A stretch of 64,000 bases of DNA from Lama glama (taxonomy: Eukaryota). The translations under genes and the position numbers were made by a program. Below the pieces are notes generated by a model. The model was not told the DNA's origin. It worked only from the letters and a program-made list of their open reading frames with translations, and searched no databases. The DNA lies in assembly GCA_028534125.1 (NCBI GenBank), contig CM052818.1:19780001-19844000 (forward strand), given 5' to 3'. Shown piece by piece: positions 1-14,310 of this stretch (positions within the stretch are counted from its first letter, which is position 1; the number at the start of each line of letters is the position of its first letter).

Positions 1-329
1 CTTGTGAAAAGCTACTATATTTCTTTATAATTCCATTCTTGTAACTATTTTCCGAATTTGACACCAGGATAATGTTTTTCACATTTATTTTTCATAATTT
101 ATTTTTCAGTTTATACTTCAGAAACTGGGGTTGGGAGGGGGCATTACCTCCTATGAAAATAAGTTTCCAATATAGGTGACTGTTTTTATCTTCTTTGCAC
201 TTGTGTTAAATTTCCTTTCAAAAGGTAAGTAGTTATGTGATTTGTGTCTGGGGGCAGTTGTGACGAAATTACAATACAGTAATACACTCTTTGTGCTAAG
301 AATATCTGTAGAAAACAGAAATCTCACAG

Positions 330-766
330 AAAACCATGTAACACAGCAACTCAAGCATCCACTGATAGATAAAAGGACAAACAACGTGAGATTCTATATA
401 TATAACAGAATACATTTGGCCTTAAAGAAATTCTGACACATGCTACAACACGGATAAACCTTAAAGACCTTAAGCTAAGCGAAGCAAGCCAGTCACAAAA
501 GGGCAAATATTGTCTGATTCCTTTAAATAAAATTCCTAGAGTAGTCAAATTCATAGAAAGTAGAATGGTGGTTGCCAGTGGCTTGGGGGAGGGAGTGACG
601 GGGCATTAGGGTTTAATAAGTACAGAGTTTCTGTTGGGGAAGATAGAAAAGTTCTGGTAATGGATGGTGGGGAATGACTGCACAACAATGTGAATGTACT
701 TAATGCCACACTTAAAAATGGTTAAAATGGTAACTTTTATGTATATTTTACCACAATTTAAAAAAC
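330..766 (+). mobile_element. Old L1 3' end (L1MB-like)
   Basis: Typical L1M 3' UTR motifs (acatgctacaacacggataaacctt...agccagtcacaaaagggcaaatattgt...aaaatggttaaaatggtaac) ending in an A-rich tail. Confidence 0.85.
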
Positions 767-1189
767 CAGCATAACACAGAGAATATACAACCTTTTAAAT
801 AACTGCGCTCTATCTGGGTGGTCAGTTTTGAGGCATTACTGGAAAGAAGCCATACCCTCTACTATTGGCAGTGTTCACTTCTCTCCACAAAGTGGAGAAA
901 AAAAAAAGTTAAGTCTAAGAAGTGTTTATATAAGCAGTTTCCCTGTTCACACGCATATTTAAATAGTCACCTGCTTACGTCTGATAATTTTGCTATAATT
1001 TTCCTGAATACCTTTAGAAGTCCACGATCTGGTGAAGAGAGCAAATGAATTATAATACAACCCAAAAGCTAATTAGAGTGCTGTCGAGAACACAAAGCAC
1101 AAAGCAGCGACCTTTAGCTAGGGAAGTGTGGCGTGCTGCTGGGTGTACCTTTCTCCCTTTCTTCCATAATAATACAATTAGCTGGTACA

Positions 1190-1557
1190 GAGCCATCAAG
1201 AATAAAGACTATTTCCAGACCTTCCTTAGGACCAGTGACATGTAAGCAGATATGTAGTGCTGGGGCTTTAGGGAAATTTTAAAGAGACAGCTCACAAATG
1301 CTCTTAGACCCTTTTTTGTTCTTTGTACGCCACACTGTGTAAAACAGTGTGGACAGGCAGGACAAGGGTTAAATCTGAGAGATTCTGAAGCTGTGAGGTA
1401 GAAATTACTTCCCTCATGACTTCATAGAGCAGAGCTGTCACTTCAGCCCTACACTGCAAATTCCACTTTTACAGGAGAGAAATAAATTTCTCTCTTGTTT
1501 TTAGACCATTGTTATTTTGAAGGTTCTGTTCCTTGTCACAGTTCCTGATCCTAACAA
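1190..1557 (+). mobile_element. MaLR LTR fragment (old MLT1 type)
   Basis: MLT1-like 3' end: gagagaaataaatttctctcttgtttt-agaccattgttattttg...cctaac. Confidence 0.55.
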
Positions 1558-1559
1558 TG

Positions 1560-1830
1560 CGAGGGGTCAGGGAAGGCTTCACAGAAGAGGTGATTCTGAG
1601 CTAGGTTCTAAAAAATGAATAATTTTGTGCCAAGTAGAGAAAGGCATTTCAGGCAGAGAGAGTGCAACAGACTCAGGAAAAGGGTCTGGCTTTCAAAAGG
1701 TGAGGAGTAGTTCAGATGGCTAGAGTACAGGGTAGGTGGAGTGAAGTAAAAGAAAAAGCAACCTGAAAAGCTGGGAAGAAAGACTAAATGGTCTTACATG
1801 CCATGCTAAAAAAAGGTGCTTTTTATTCCT
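1560..1830 (-). mobile_element. L2 fragment
   Basis: ggtcagggaaggcttcacagaagaggtga...ggcatttcaggcagag is antisense L2 3' region. Confidence 0.7.
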
Positions 1831-3886
1831 GAACTTGGTTGTATTAAATGACTGTGACTTCACAGATGATTCTCTGCATAGTCTAGAAGCGCCAAATGGC
1901 TCAGTCAGAAAACAAAAAAATGTAGATTAAGGTATGGTGAGGACAGGGTCAGGGAGAAAAAGGAAACCTCGTTTCTATTAAAGGCACACTATTATTTCCG
2001 TAAATGCTGAGGGCTAGAAGAAATAACACCTGGCACAAAGAAAAGACTGAGAGAGTTAAGGGAGAGGTATATAAACAACACAGAAAAAAGGGAATATTCA
2101 TATAATTTGGCAATGACTGGTTGAGGTAAAGATTAGAATCTGCCTTTTAAAGTGAACTGAGGTCAGTGAATTAGACTATAATTATGACCACCTGATAATA
2201 ACACATTTTTATTATATGCATATACCTATGGTTTCTTTTCACAAGTGGCTGTCAAAAGTTATTAAGTAACAAATGAACGTCATCTAGTCTATAGTCAGAA
2301 CTTGGTATTTGATAATCAAATATCCTACCCTATCAAAGAAGAGTTATAAAAATGATGAGAGGAAAACAACCAGCACTCTTTAAGGTTATTAAGAGTTTTA
2401 ATTTTTATTTATGCAAGTAGTATTCTTTTATTTTTCTGCAATAATCATGTATTATTTTTGTAAATTTTTAGTTTTAGAATTAAAAAAACCACCAATGCCC
2501 CATCAAAAAAATAAAAAACAGCACCAAACTATTACCTCATAAAAGTATCAAAGACAAATTACTGAGAAGGAATATAGTCTGTAAATCCAGAATCCATTAA
2601 TTATAGTCTCCAAAGTTTCAAAGATCAGAAAAAATTTTTTAAAGTCTCTTAATGTTTCCATTATTTTTGTTGCTAGCTCTTCCTAAACATTAAGGACTGC
2701 ATTTTAGCCTTTTAACAAGTATTTACTACATGTTGATCAGGTTTATTAAGTAGAAAACTGTAGGATGTGTTTTTTTATGTTTTATCCTGATATTCCTGTT
2801 TTCAATTGGTTTTAGAGTATCTTTGATATCTTTGACCAGATTATAGGGTTTATCCCTATAGTACCCTCTGGTAACAAGCATCAAATAAGCTAAGGAACCC
2901 TGTGAGAAAAGATTTAAGTTTTTAAAGGGTGAGCTAGATGGCTTTCCTAATTTAGACTTAAATTTAAACCTGTAATTCAAATCATCTGTATCTAACTTTG
3001 CTTGAAAGACTGTAGTTATATCACATTTTAACCCTTGAATTTCATATGATATCCCTTACAATAGTTATTCTTTATTTATAAAATAATTTAGGCAAAAATA
3101 GGACTCCAACGGGCAGAGAACTTTGACCCATGTAATTCTTTCTCAGTGAATGCACATTACAACGATAAGACTTCTCCAGTAACGATTCACCACATCATTT
3201 CTAAACACTGTATAAATAAAGCTAACAGTGAAACCACCTACTGTGAAAGCCAGTTACAGGTTCACCTGACGCATCACCCTATAAAAGCCTGTCATGGCCC
3301 TAGCCCTTGAAACCAAGAAAGAGGATTACGGTAATTGTGACTTCTAGGAACACAGAAAGGACACAGATGCTGGCAAGCATCTACAGCTGTTAGAATATTC
3401 TCAAAGGGGTCAAGCCTACGAAAGAGCCGCGCTAGTTCCTCCTTATCCCACTAGGTTCCCAGACTCTGGCTGGATCTCTTTCCATCCACCCTCCATACTG
3501 TTACAGTGAGCGCTCTAAATATAATTTACTGTTGAAAAATTTTCAGTGTTCTCTACCCTCCGAGAGATAAAATATAAATTCTTTCAGGTGGCATAAAGTG
3601 TCATTGAGAATTTGGCCCCTGCCTGTATGTTTTATTAGCAGTGTTTTTCCTTTTTCTTCTTTCCTTCCAAGTTCTAATCCTGTTAACACTGAACTACATA
3701 GGCGTTTCCCCGAACATACCAGGCTTCCATCTGCATGCTTTTTCAGGCGCTGCTGTTCTCCCTGCCTGGAATGCCCTCCTTCTATTCTGCCATAACTGGC
3801 AAAAATTTGTCAAGTCTCAGTTCAACAGTCATATTCTCTGTCAAGTCTTCTGAGACTCTACCAGGCTCACTGAAGAGCTGCATCTC

Positions 3887-4560
3887 CAGAGGTGTGTTGG
3901 TAAACTAGTCTCAGAAGGAGGGAAAAGCCCTGTTACAGTCAGTGCTGCTATAATATTTGTTTGGAAAACTCAAATTTGTTTCACTGTGCTTGTTGTACTA
4001 GGGAGCAACATAAGCACTACACGAATTTCATTTGCTTCTGTGCCGTTAAACCCTAGATGAATGCGGAAACCTGCACCCAGCTGCTCTGAGCAGGAATGCA
4101 CAGCACACATAGACCTCAAACACCTCCCGGCGACCTCAGCTCACCTTCTGCCCAGAGCCACACCCAGCCACCTCTGCTGTTAACTCCTCCTCAGGTTTCA
4201 GACACCTTCCTTCCACCACTGCACGATAACTCACAAGAGGCAGCCTCTCCCATGCCCACTTCATAAGCAACCCTTGGGTCGTTTTCAAGGCAAAGCACCG
4301 TACTTATTATAGTATCTATTTTTTCTTAACCATTTCCATTTTAACATGCAAAACATTTTAACTAGGTTCCCACTTTTTTTAAAAAAATGTGTTTCCGAGG
4401 AAGTTTTTGAGTGTTGGGCCCAATCCTATTTTCCGCTAGAGTTGATGATTCTCAGGAGTGTGCATGTCATGTCCCAGCAGAACTGACTGTATGTATGCAG
4501 CAGTCACGAATTTCTGTGCTGTACTTACCACCACAGATGACTTCAGACATTAACAGGTTC
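3887..4560. mobile_element. hAT DNA transposon (MER63-like), split by a Tigger element
   Basis: cagaggtgtgttggtaaa...gggaaaagccctg before 3934 and atttctgtgctgta...accacagatgacttca after 4491 resemble consecutive parts of MER63 as I recall it. Confidence 0.5.
3936..4489. mobile_element. TcMar-Tigger non-autonomous DNA transposon (Tigger8-like)
   Basis: Terminal inverted repeats CAGTCAGTGCTGCT ... AGCAGAACTGACTG with a TA target duplication at 3934-3935 and 4490-4491. Confidence 0.85.
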
Positions 4561-5611
4561 TCCAGTGTAGCCTATCTCCAAAACACTATAACCACAATAC
4601 TCTGTACATATCTTTTTCACAGTAATTTTTTTGGAATAACAACTGTTTCCCTGTTTATTTCAGTAGGCAATAGGCTCCTTGAGGGTAGGGGGCCTCTTCA
4701 CCTTAATATTGACATTTCCTCAGCAGTATTCAGCAATCAGTATGTGTCTCACTAATGCAGATATCACAGAGTAACAGACTTAAAAGTTAATATAAATAAC
4801 GATAACTATAAAGCTAAATTCCATAATGGAGAATATTTGCTCTGCCCCACCCCCCAGCCACCCTATCAGTAAAAGGAGAGATGGGATTTAAACAGTCTTT
4901 TTTTTTTTGAACAGTGTTTCTAACTCCAAAGTTTATCACAAAAGATAATACTCCAAAACTAACCTACAGATACCCACTAATCTAATGTACTAAACTTCAT
5001 ATACTTCAAGGAATGTGTGGATTATGGACTAATTAAAAAAACAGATACTGGAGATGTGTTCTAATAGATTTTTTTTTCTGATTGGTAAGTTTATATAAAA
5101 TGTCTTACAGGGGTATGCAAATTAAACTTAGTGATACATTTCACATTTTTATTGTGAAAAAAATAACATTATACAAAATAGGACCTATTTGCCAAATATG
5201 GGCCATTTTATCCAACCAAACCTCAATCTAAGCCTGTATCAAAAGTTATGCTTAAGTCTAGGGCAATTAGCATTAATATCCTAAAATTTAAAATACAGAG
5301 TATTATATAAATAGTAGTTACCAGAGGATAAGTGATTTATTGGCTGAAAACCACATCTAAATTGATTTCTTTGCACACACACACACTTAAACTTTTAAAA
5401 TTCATAGTATTTATATTTTAATTAATGTTACCTTGAATATAGGAAAGTGTGACTTTAAAGCTAAATGTTAGTGACTTTAGTAAGAAAATTAGTTCTTACT
5501 CAGCATACTGCTATATGTCTCAATGGTGAAAAGTTATTTCAGTTTCTTACATTAAAGCTTTGCTGAGAAACTAAAACATACCTAGTTCTTGTGAAGTCCT
5601 ACAGCATAGAG

Positions 5612-5776
5612 AAGTGGTGCTCAAATTTAGCATACATCAGGTTAACAGAGGCTCATCAAAACAAATGACTGGGCTCCATTCCCAGAATTCTGATTTAACT
5701 GATCTGAGGTGGGGCTAGAGATTTTGCATTTCTAGCAAGTGAGTCTGCTGATGCCGGTCCCAGGATCACACCTTGG
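5612..5776. mobile_element. MER5A-like hAT-Charlie element
   Basis: agtggtgctcaaa...ctgggctccattcccagaattctgatt...tgcatttctagcaag...ggtcccaggatcacac. Confidence 0.8.
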
Positions 5777-5777
5777 G

Positions 5778-5940
5778 TCTCTGTTCAAATCCCAGCCTGT
5801 CACTTACTATCTGTGTTCTCTGGACCTAATTTAAGAGTTTTACTGCTCAATTTCCTCATGTCTACAAGGGGGCAGTTGTCAGAGAATTAAACAAATAATA
5901 TATTTAAAGTGCTCAGAACAGGGTGAGGACTCAAATGATA
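5778..5940 (+). mobile_element. MIR SINE
   Basis: ttcaaatcccagc...cacttacta...ctcaatttcctcat...atttaaagtgctcagaacag core. Confidence 0.75.
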
Positions 5941-5994
5941 AGGACACAGGCTGGCTGAATAAATGAGTGCCATACTTAAAAGTACACAATACAG

Positions 5995-8900
5995 GGTTCC
6001 AGTGCCAGCTAAAATAAAGTAAAAACACTCCACCCTGTCTCTCCTACTGAATACAGCTATAAAACCTAAACAGAATGTATGAAGCAGCTATTTAAAGACT
6101 GACAAGTAAATGGTAGCAGGCAGACTATGGAAGAATTCAAAGCACCACAGAACTATGGGTAGGTTTACTTTTTTCCCTCTTGTATCCTGCCACCTGGACT
6201 GGGTAAACTTGGAAGTGGGCATGAATGTAGACACTGTTTTAGGAGAAGACCTCTGTCTCAGGCGTGGGCAGAAAAGGGATCTAGCAGTAACAGCAGGGGG
6301 CCCGTAGGTATAGAAAAGTCCTAGGGAGGGACTCCTTCCTCTCCAATCCCAGAGCTGCGGTTTCAAGAGGGCAGGGCAAACCTCTCTCCCAACTTTTTTT
6401 TTTTCTCCTCTCTGTGCTCCCACCACTTGTCCCTTGATGTGGGCACAATCACAGGAAGTGAGCACAGCAGACAAAGCTTTCTGGCTGGAGGATTAAAAAG
6501 GGGGAGATCCCAGGGAAGTAGAAAGCATAGGGGAAACAGATGAGTGGGAGGAACTCAGAAGAGCGACTCCATAAAGTTGATTATGAATGCCTGGGCTCAC
6601 TCCAGAGCTGAACAGGCATGGATCTTATCCTAACAGCAAACCAAAAACTTTGAGAACTGAACAAAGAGATAGTCACTTATCTCAAACTGTCAGTGGGCAG
6701 ATCCAAACAGCAGAGCACTGCAGGCTTTGAAAACTGAACTAATATTGAAATCACAATGCACAGAAAGCTAGCTGCATCCTGCAGACTAAACCAACAGGGT
6801 CAACTACTTGCTAAAACATAAAAATGAACATTCTCCATTGAATTTAAGCAAGACCTAGGGTCTCATAATACTGCAATCCAAAAATTACCTGGCATATGAA
6901 GAACCAGGAAAATCTCAACTTGCATGGGACATTAAACAGACAACAACACTGAGACAACACAGTTGTTGGAATTATCTGACAAAGGCTTTAAGCAGCCAAT
7001 ATAAAAATGATCCAAGAATGGCAAACACTTTTGAAATGAATAGATGGTTTTGGCAAAAAAACCAGAACCAAATGTAAATTTTAGATCTGAAAAATACAAC
7101 AGCTGAAACAATTCACTGGATGGCCTCAATAAGCAAAATGGAGATGACAAAAGAAAAGTCAGTACATCTGAAGACTGATTGATAGAAATGATCAAATCTG
7201 AACAATAAGAAGGAAAAAAAAATGAACAGAGGCTCAAGGACCTTTGTGACACCAAAAGGTCTAACACTGGTGTCACTGGCATCCTAAAAGGAGAGTCAAA
7301 GAGTGCAGTGCAGAAAAGCATTTGAAGAAATAATGGCTGAAAACTTCCCAAACTTAGCAAAAGATACATGTACATATAGATTTGAGAAGCTCAGAGAACC
7401 CAAATAGAATAACCCCTTAAGAAGTCCATGCCTAGACACATTGTAGTCAAACTGATAAAAACTAAAAGCAAAGAAAAAATTTGAAAGCCAGGGAAAAAAA
7501 AGTGATGCATTTCTTGCTTTGTTTCTTTTCGCCATATAATTCTACATGTAATTTGTGGGGTTCACATATCTCTAAAGTTTATTCTCGGGCCCAGAGGTTC
7601 AAGGATCACAGATTACAACTATTGCCTGGATGGTCTTCCTAGACCTAATGACTGCAAGTCCTCATTTCACAGCTGCCTGACATAGTACGGGAATTTTTTT
7701 ACTTTCACATTGTAATAGTTACATTGCTGCACAAACCTTAACTATTCCAAAAGTCAGCAGCTAAAAATACCAAAATGTAGTATCTCAGGCATGTATGTCT
7801 TCTAGGGGAACAGTGATTTGAATGAATGTGAATTTCTCACCAGAACATTAAGTCCAGAAGAAAATGGCATATTTTTAAAAGACTGAAAGAAAAGAAATGT
7901 CAACACAGAATTTCCACATCCAGGGAAAATATCCTTCAGGAATGAACGCAAAACAAAGACACTCTCAGGTGAAGGTAAAACGAAGAAAATTCAATGCCAG
8001 CAAATCAGCTCTAAAAGAACTACTAAGTGGCAGAAGGGAAATGGAACATTGGAAATGAAGAACAAAGAAATATAACCATCTAGGTAAATACAATATAATA
8101 TCTTTCTCTTCTTGCATTCTTTTAAATATGTTTGGTGGTTGAAAGCAAAAGCTGTAACATTATCTGATGGGGTTTTCTATGTATGTAGATATAACATATA
8201 AGACAATACAACAAAAGAAGAGGAGGGTAAAGAAATGTGTAGTGTTAAGATTTTTACCTCCCACTTAACTGGGAAAATACTTTTCCTAGGTAGACTATAA
8301 GAATTTAGATATTATAATCCCTAGAGCAGCCACACATACCCACACTAACACTACAATGAGATATGTAAAAAACACAACAGATATATTTAAGTGGAATACT
8401 AAAAGTTCTTCAAATAACCCAGAAGAAGGCAAGAAGGGGGAAAAAAAACAAACACCAAAGTGAACAAAGAGAGAGCAAATAAAATGGTGGCACTAAATCC
8501 AAACACATAAGTGATGATATTAAATGAAAAGCAACTAAACATACCAATTAAAAGACAAAGATTATGAGAATGGATTAAAAAAATATGAACCAATAATAAT
8601 ATGCCACTTACAAAAAATTTACTTCAAATATGATGATATAAATAGGTTAGAAGTAAAAGGATGGAAAAAGAAGTATCATGGAAATACTAATTTTTAAAAA
8701 AACTACATTAGTATCAAATAAACTTCAAAACAAAGAAAATTACCTGGCATAAAAAGGGACATTTATATGATGATAAAAGGATCAATTCACCAAGAAGACA
8801 CAATAATCCTACATGTGTGTGCACCTAACAACAGGGCTTCAAAATACATGAAGCAATAACTGATGGAACTGGAAGGAGAAATACATAAATCTCCAATTAT

Positions 8901-11480
8901 AGTTGGAGACTTCAACACTCTTATTTCAGTAATCTATATAATTAGTAGACATAAAATTAACAAGGATATAGAAATGAACAACACCATCAACCAACTGGAT
9001 CTAACTGACATTTACAGAACACTCCACCCAACAAGAGACGAGTTCACTTTCTCTTCAAGTACGCAGAGAATGTTCACCAAGATAGATGTTATCCTGGGTC
9101 ATAATACAAATCTCAGCAAATCTAAAAGAACTTAAGTTAACACAAAATACATCCTCTGACTATAATGAACTTAAACTAGAAATCAATAGCAGAAAAATCT
9201 CTAAAAATTTGGAAATTAAATGATGCACTTACAAATAATCCACAGGTCAGAGAGGAAATCTTAAGGGAAATTAGAAGATATTTTTAATTGAAAGAAAATA
9301 AAAACACATCAGAATTTGTATAATACAGTTAAGCAATGCTTGGGAACAATTTATAGCATTAAATGCTTATATTAGCAAAGAGGAAAATTCTCAAAAGAAA
9401 ATCTAAGTGTCCACCTTAAATTAGAAAAAAAGAAGATCAAAATAAACTCAAAGAAGGATACGCCTGTAGCCATCATACTTAAAGGTGGAAGACTGAATAT
9501 TATCCCCCTATGACTGGGAACAAGTCAGTGATATCTACTCTCACTACTTCTATTCAACACTGTACTTGAAGTCCTAGCCAGTATGAGAAGGCAGGAGGAA
9601 AGAAAAGCATACAAATTAGAAAGAAAAAGTCCTATTTGCAGACAACATGATTATCTCCATAGGTATTTCAAAGAATGTACACAAAATCTGCTAAAACTAG
9701 TAAGTAAAATTATTAGGTCATAAGATACAAAGTCACACAAAAATCAATCACATGTCTGTACACTAGCAAAGAACAGCTAGAAACTGAAAATTTTAAATGT
9801 CATTACAATAGCCCCCCACATTTTGAAATACTGAGGTACAAATCTAACAGAATGCATACAAGAGCTATATATGCTGAGAACTACACCCCTATTAAAGAAA
9901 TCAAAGAAGACCTAAATATAGGGAAAGATGTATCATATTCATGAATTGGAAGCTCAACACAGTAAAGGTATCAATCTTTCCATTTGATCTGTAGATTAAA
10001 CACCGTTGTATTTCTTGTATATACAAACTTATTCTAAAAACAAAAGCAAAGGAACTAAAATAGTCAATTCTTTAAAAAGAGTAAAATTGAAAGACTCTTA
10101 CTAACTGATATTAAAATTTACTTTAAAGCTACAGTAATTAAGACAGTATGGTATTGGGTTAAAGAACAGACATATAAAAACACATATAAATCAGTGGAAT
10201 AGAGCTGAGAAACAGACTCACACAAATATGGCCAACTGTGGACAAAGTTGCAAAGGCAATTTAACGGAGAAAGGGTGGTCTTTTCCAAAAATGGTGTTGT
10301 AACAACTGGATATTCATAGGCAAAGATATAACCTACACCTCATATCTTATATAAAAATTAACTGAAACTGGATCGCAGATCTTAATATAAATTGAAAAGC
10401 TGTAAAACTTTTAGAATCTACAGGATAAAACTGCTGTGACATGGGGTTAGGCAAAGAATTTTTTACACATGACACCAAAAGCATGGTCCATGAAAGGAAA
10501 AAACTGTAAACTGAACTTAAAAATTAAAAACTTTTGTTTTGTGAAAGGCATTGTCAAGAAAATGAAAAGCGAGCTACAAGACTGGGAGAAAATATTTACA
10601 AATGGCATATCTGCCAGAGGATTTGTTTTCTGAGTGTGGAAAGACTCTCAAAACTCAACAGTAAGAAAGCATAGACCCCAATTAAAATCTGGGCAAAAGC
10701 CTTGAACAGAAAGTTCACCAAAGAGCTAGATAGAGAGCAACTGACTACATTAAAATATGTTCAATATTTTTAGTTAGTAGGGAAATCCAAATTAAAGGCA
10801 TAATGTAGAACAGCTAAAACTTAAAAGGAAAGGTGGTAACGCCAAATGCTGGAGAACACAGAGATCAACTACAACTCATACACTACAGGTAGGAATGCAA
10901 AATGGGACAGCCATTCTGAAAAAGTTTGTCAGCTCCTTATGGAGTTAAATATATACTTAACCATACAACCCAGCAGTCCCACTCCTTGGTACTTATCTTA
11001 GAGAAATAAAAACTTGTGCTCACACAAAAACCTGTACATAAATGTTTATAACAGTTCTATTCATAATCACCCCAAACTGGAAATAACTCAAATTTTTTCA
11101 ATAGGTGAGTAATCAAACCGAAGGGCAGTTTATCAATGGAATATTACTGAGCAATAAAATGGAATGAATTATTGATATATGCAATAGCTTGGATGAATTT
11201 CAAAAGCATTACTGTGAGTGAAAGCAATCAGTCTCAGAAGGTTACTTATCGTATGACTCCATCTATATGACATCAGTGGTTGTCAAGAGGTTAAGACAGG
11301 ATAGCCAGGGGTTTGGGGTGTGATACAAAGGGGTAGCATGATGGAGTCTGGGGTGTGGGAGTGATGGTTTTGTATCCTGATTGTGGTGGTAGTTACATGG
11401 ATCTATAGATGAGTTAAAATTTAAATAATTATATACCAAAAAAGTAAATTTTCCTGTATGTTAATCAAAAGTGTTTAAAC
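5995..11480 (+). mobile_element. Old, internally deleted L1M element (5' region, ORF1 and ORF2 remnants, 3' UTR)
   Basis: ORF 8863-9135 reads as L1 ORF2 endonuclease (IIVGDFNT...LDLTDIYRTLHP...FTFSSS...KID). ORF1-like and 3' UTR motifs flank it. Many stops and frameshifts. Confidence 0.9.
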
Positions 11481-11967
11481 TTTAAAACATGCATAGCATA
11501 AATTATCTTAGAACTTTCTAATTCTTTACAAATTAAAGCTCAAAATAAATGTTTTGAGTATGAAATGGGAGTATGTAGAGACATTTAGCAGGAGACTTAA
11601 ATTTTTAAAAATTATACAAAGATATGGTATAGGTATAAATTCTAGACTCAGAAACAACTATATCCCTCAACCAACCATACAGGCTGTTAATACCTAATAA
11701 CAACTAAACACAAATATGTAATATCACAATGTGAAAAAGATAACGTGATACAAAACAAATAGAGCATATATCAAGTCAAAAGGAAGTCTGAATGAAGATT
11801 CCACATTCACACTAAATGTTCATTTGGTCCTTGAAATAAAAATGACATTATCCATCAGCAGTACGGTATGTGCTTTGTTTTTCTAATAGCAATTATAGAT
11901 TTACAATGGTTTATCCAGATTTTTCTCATCTGAATCCCCTTTTAAGAATGCTGACTGGATAAATTTT

Positions 11968-11968
11968 A

Positions 11969-12015
<47 letters not shown>

Positions 12016-12016
12016 A
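11968..12016 (+). repeat. (TAAA)n microsatellite
   Basis: About 12 perfect TAAA units. Confidence 0.95.
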
Positions 12017-12017
12017 G

Positions 12018-12338
12018 TGTAGAATGTGTAGAATGGTGGTTGCCAGGGACTTGGGGAGTGGGGGAAATAGGTAGATGTTGGTCAAAGGGTACAAACTTTC
12101 AGTTATAAAATAATTTCTGAAGATCTGATGTATGGCATGGTGACTATGGTTAATATCACTGTATTGTATACTTGACATTTGCAAGAACAGATCTTGAATA
12201 TTTTCACCTCCATTAAAAAACAGCTAACTATGTGAGGTGATGGATGTGTAAATGAGCTTGACTGCAGTAATCATTTCACAATGTATAAGTGTTATCAAGT
12301 CATCACACTGTATACCTTAAATATGTACAATTTTTAAC
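12018..12338 (+). mobile_element. L1MA-type 3' end
   Basis: gtagaatggtggttgccaggg...gttggtcaaagggtacaaactttcagttata. Flanked, together with the microsatellite, by TGCTGACTGG at 11949-11958 and 12339-12348. Confidence 0.85.
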
Positions 12339-14144
12339 TGCTGACTGGGATCAAGTACCAAGACTGGTTTTAACTGCACTACTCTGTAAACCACTCTAAG
12401 AAGGCATGAAATATTTCTTTTTCTTCCCTCCCAAGAAATAAACCCATAGCAAATGAGTCCACCAAAGCACACAAAGGATAATAATTTAAGACAGCTATCC
12501 TCTATAACCATATATATTTTGCAATGGCTGCCATAAAAGTTAGATCTTAGACTGTAATTTAAAAAAACAAGAACACAATCAGAAGACCACAAGTCACAAA
12601 TTTAAATAAGTGACCAACCTCACCATCCATAACTTTTCCTAGTTTTTAAAGCATTAAAAGTGCTGTGGGAGCTCTCGACTTCTTTCAAATGACAATAACA
12701 CTTTTATAACTTTTCAATCTTAAATCTTCTAAGGCTATGAGCTTTAAATAGCAAATCCAGATCTTTCTAAAGTTGAAAATATGTTAAAATGTAAAGTTTG
12801 ATGCATAGTGAAATGTTTGTCTAATTCCTGCTCTCTGAATCTTGACAGCTGGAATAAAGCATCAGTCTATTTTCTAAAAGATGTAAAGTTTGGCCCAGTC
12901 AAAAATTTGATAACAAATATTTACCTACTGATCAACAATTTACTGAATGCTTAAAATATTCCAAGCCCTAAGGGTCATACAAAAGAGATAAAAAGGAATA
13001 GGTCCTGAAGCTGAGGACACAATACATACACGTGAGATGCGACAGCAGAACTGTAAATAAGAAAGTACTATGGAGAACAATTAAAGAATAACATCTAAAT
13101 AGATGTCAAAACATTTTCTAACAAGTCTCCTGTAGAAGTCAAATGGTAATTCAGAAGAGAAAATAAATTCATCTAATGTAGGGAGGCACAGGGATATGGC
13201 AAAAAGAAGAGTGCGCTAGAGTTTAGAGACCTGTCTCAGCTCTGCCAACTCTTGGGTAAGTCCCAGCTGCTCCAGTCAGTAGACACGGTACCTGACACAA
13301 AAAGGACATTTGTTCACTTACTCTGATTTGGATTTGTCTAAACCAGAAAGGAGTGGCAGGCAGAGGCTCCTTCTAGAAGGGACTCACTCAGGATGTCTGC
13401 CACTCAGGACTATGGCAAGCTTGCTGCTTGAATTCAATACCGCCTTCTCACAACCATATGAAAGAAAAGGATGCTGACACCCTGAAGGAGGAGCTGGCTG
13501 CTCTCCTTGCCTCCTCCAGAGTACAAACTCTTACATCAAGGGCCTCACTGTCCTGGGCCCAGCTGCACTGGCACCTCACAATCCCAGGGATCCCCTCTGA
13601 TGCATCAGCTGTCTGGCTTAGTTTCAGTCTGGTTCTCTGGGTCTCAGTAAGCTCGTCTGAAGAAAGGAAGTGGGATCAGGTCCTTTACAACATCACAATC
13701 TATGAATATAATAAAGGGGAAATATTAACAGAACACAAACCTTACTAAGTTGTCAGCTATGAGCAAAAACAGCTTATTAAATTTATTATCTGAGTTTTAC
13801 TTGTTTGTTTCACAAGAAATATCAAGCTATTTTAGAAATGCCAAATTGAAAAGGCAGACACTACTGAATTTCTTAAAAGAACGATTTTTACCTTAGTCTC
13901 AAAATACTAAAATGGCTAGATCTCACAGTGAAAATTTAACCTATGCAAAGATTCATCACAGTTCTTCACTAGATTGAGCAAAATTTTATGACTCAGAACA
14001 ACAATATTCTCATAAATCAAGCAGCATTAGTACCTTAACACCAAGCCCAGCAGAGTTCCCAGCAATGCCTACAGGGAGCAAGGAAAGATCAAGAATGCCT
14101 AACTTCCAGACCTCACATCTAGAAGCAGGAGAAAATGAATCATG

Positions 14145-14310
14145 TGAACAATTCCTGAATGCAACTATGTGCTAGGCGTTGGGCTAGTCACCTTAATTAC
14201 CTTAATTTAGTTCTCACAATGAGCTTAGGAGGCAAAATTATCATGATTTTAATGATGAGAAAATTGGGGTTCAGAGGATAAGAAATTTGCCCACAGCTAC
14301 GGAATCCTTC
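14145..14310 (-). mobile_element. MIR SINE
   Basis: actatgtgctaggc...ttctcacaat...gatgagaaaattggggttcagag...tttgccca is antisense MIR core. Confidence 0.7.

Larger units (their letters stand above)
3480..4760 (+). mobile_element. L2 3' region interrupted by nested DNA transposons
   Basis: L2 motifs before 3870 (ctctgcctggaatgccct-like) resume after ~4570 (ctccttgagggtaggg...). Confidence 0.65.

Noticed and set aside
979..1029. Possible minus-strand cassette exon (ctctcttcaccAG ... GTAAGC)
   Set aside because: Splice-like motifs of this quality occur by chance in long introns. No recognisable peptide or other support.
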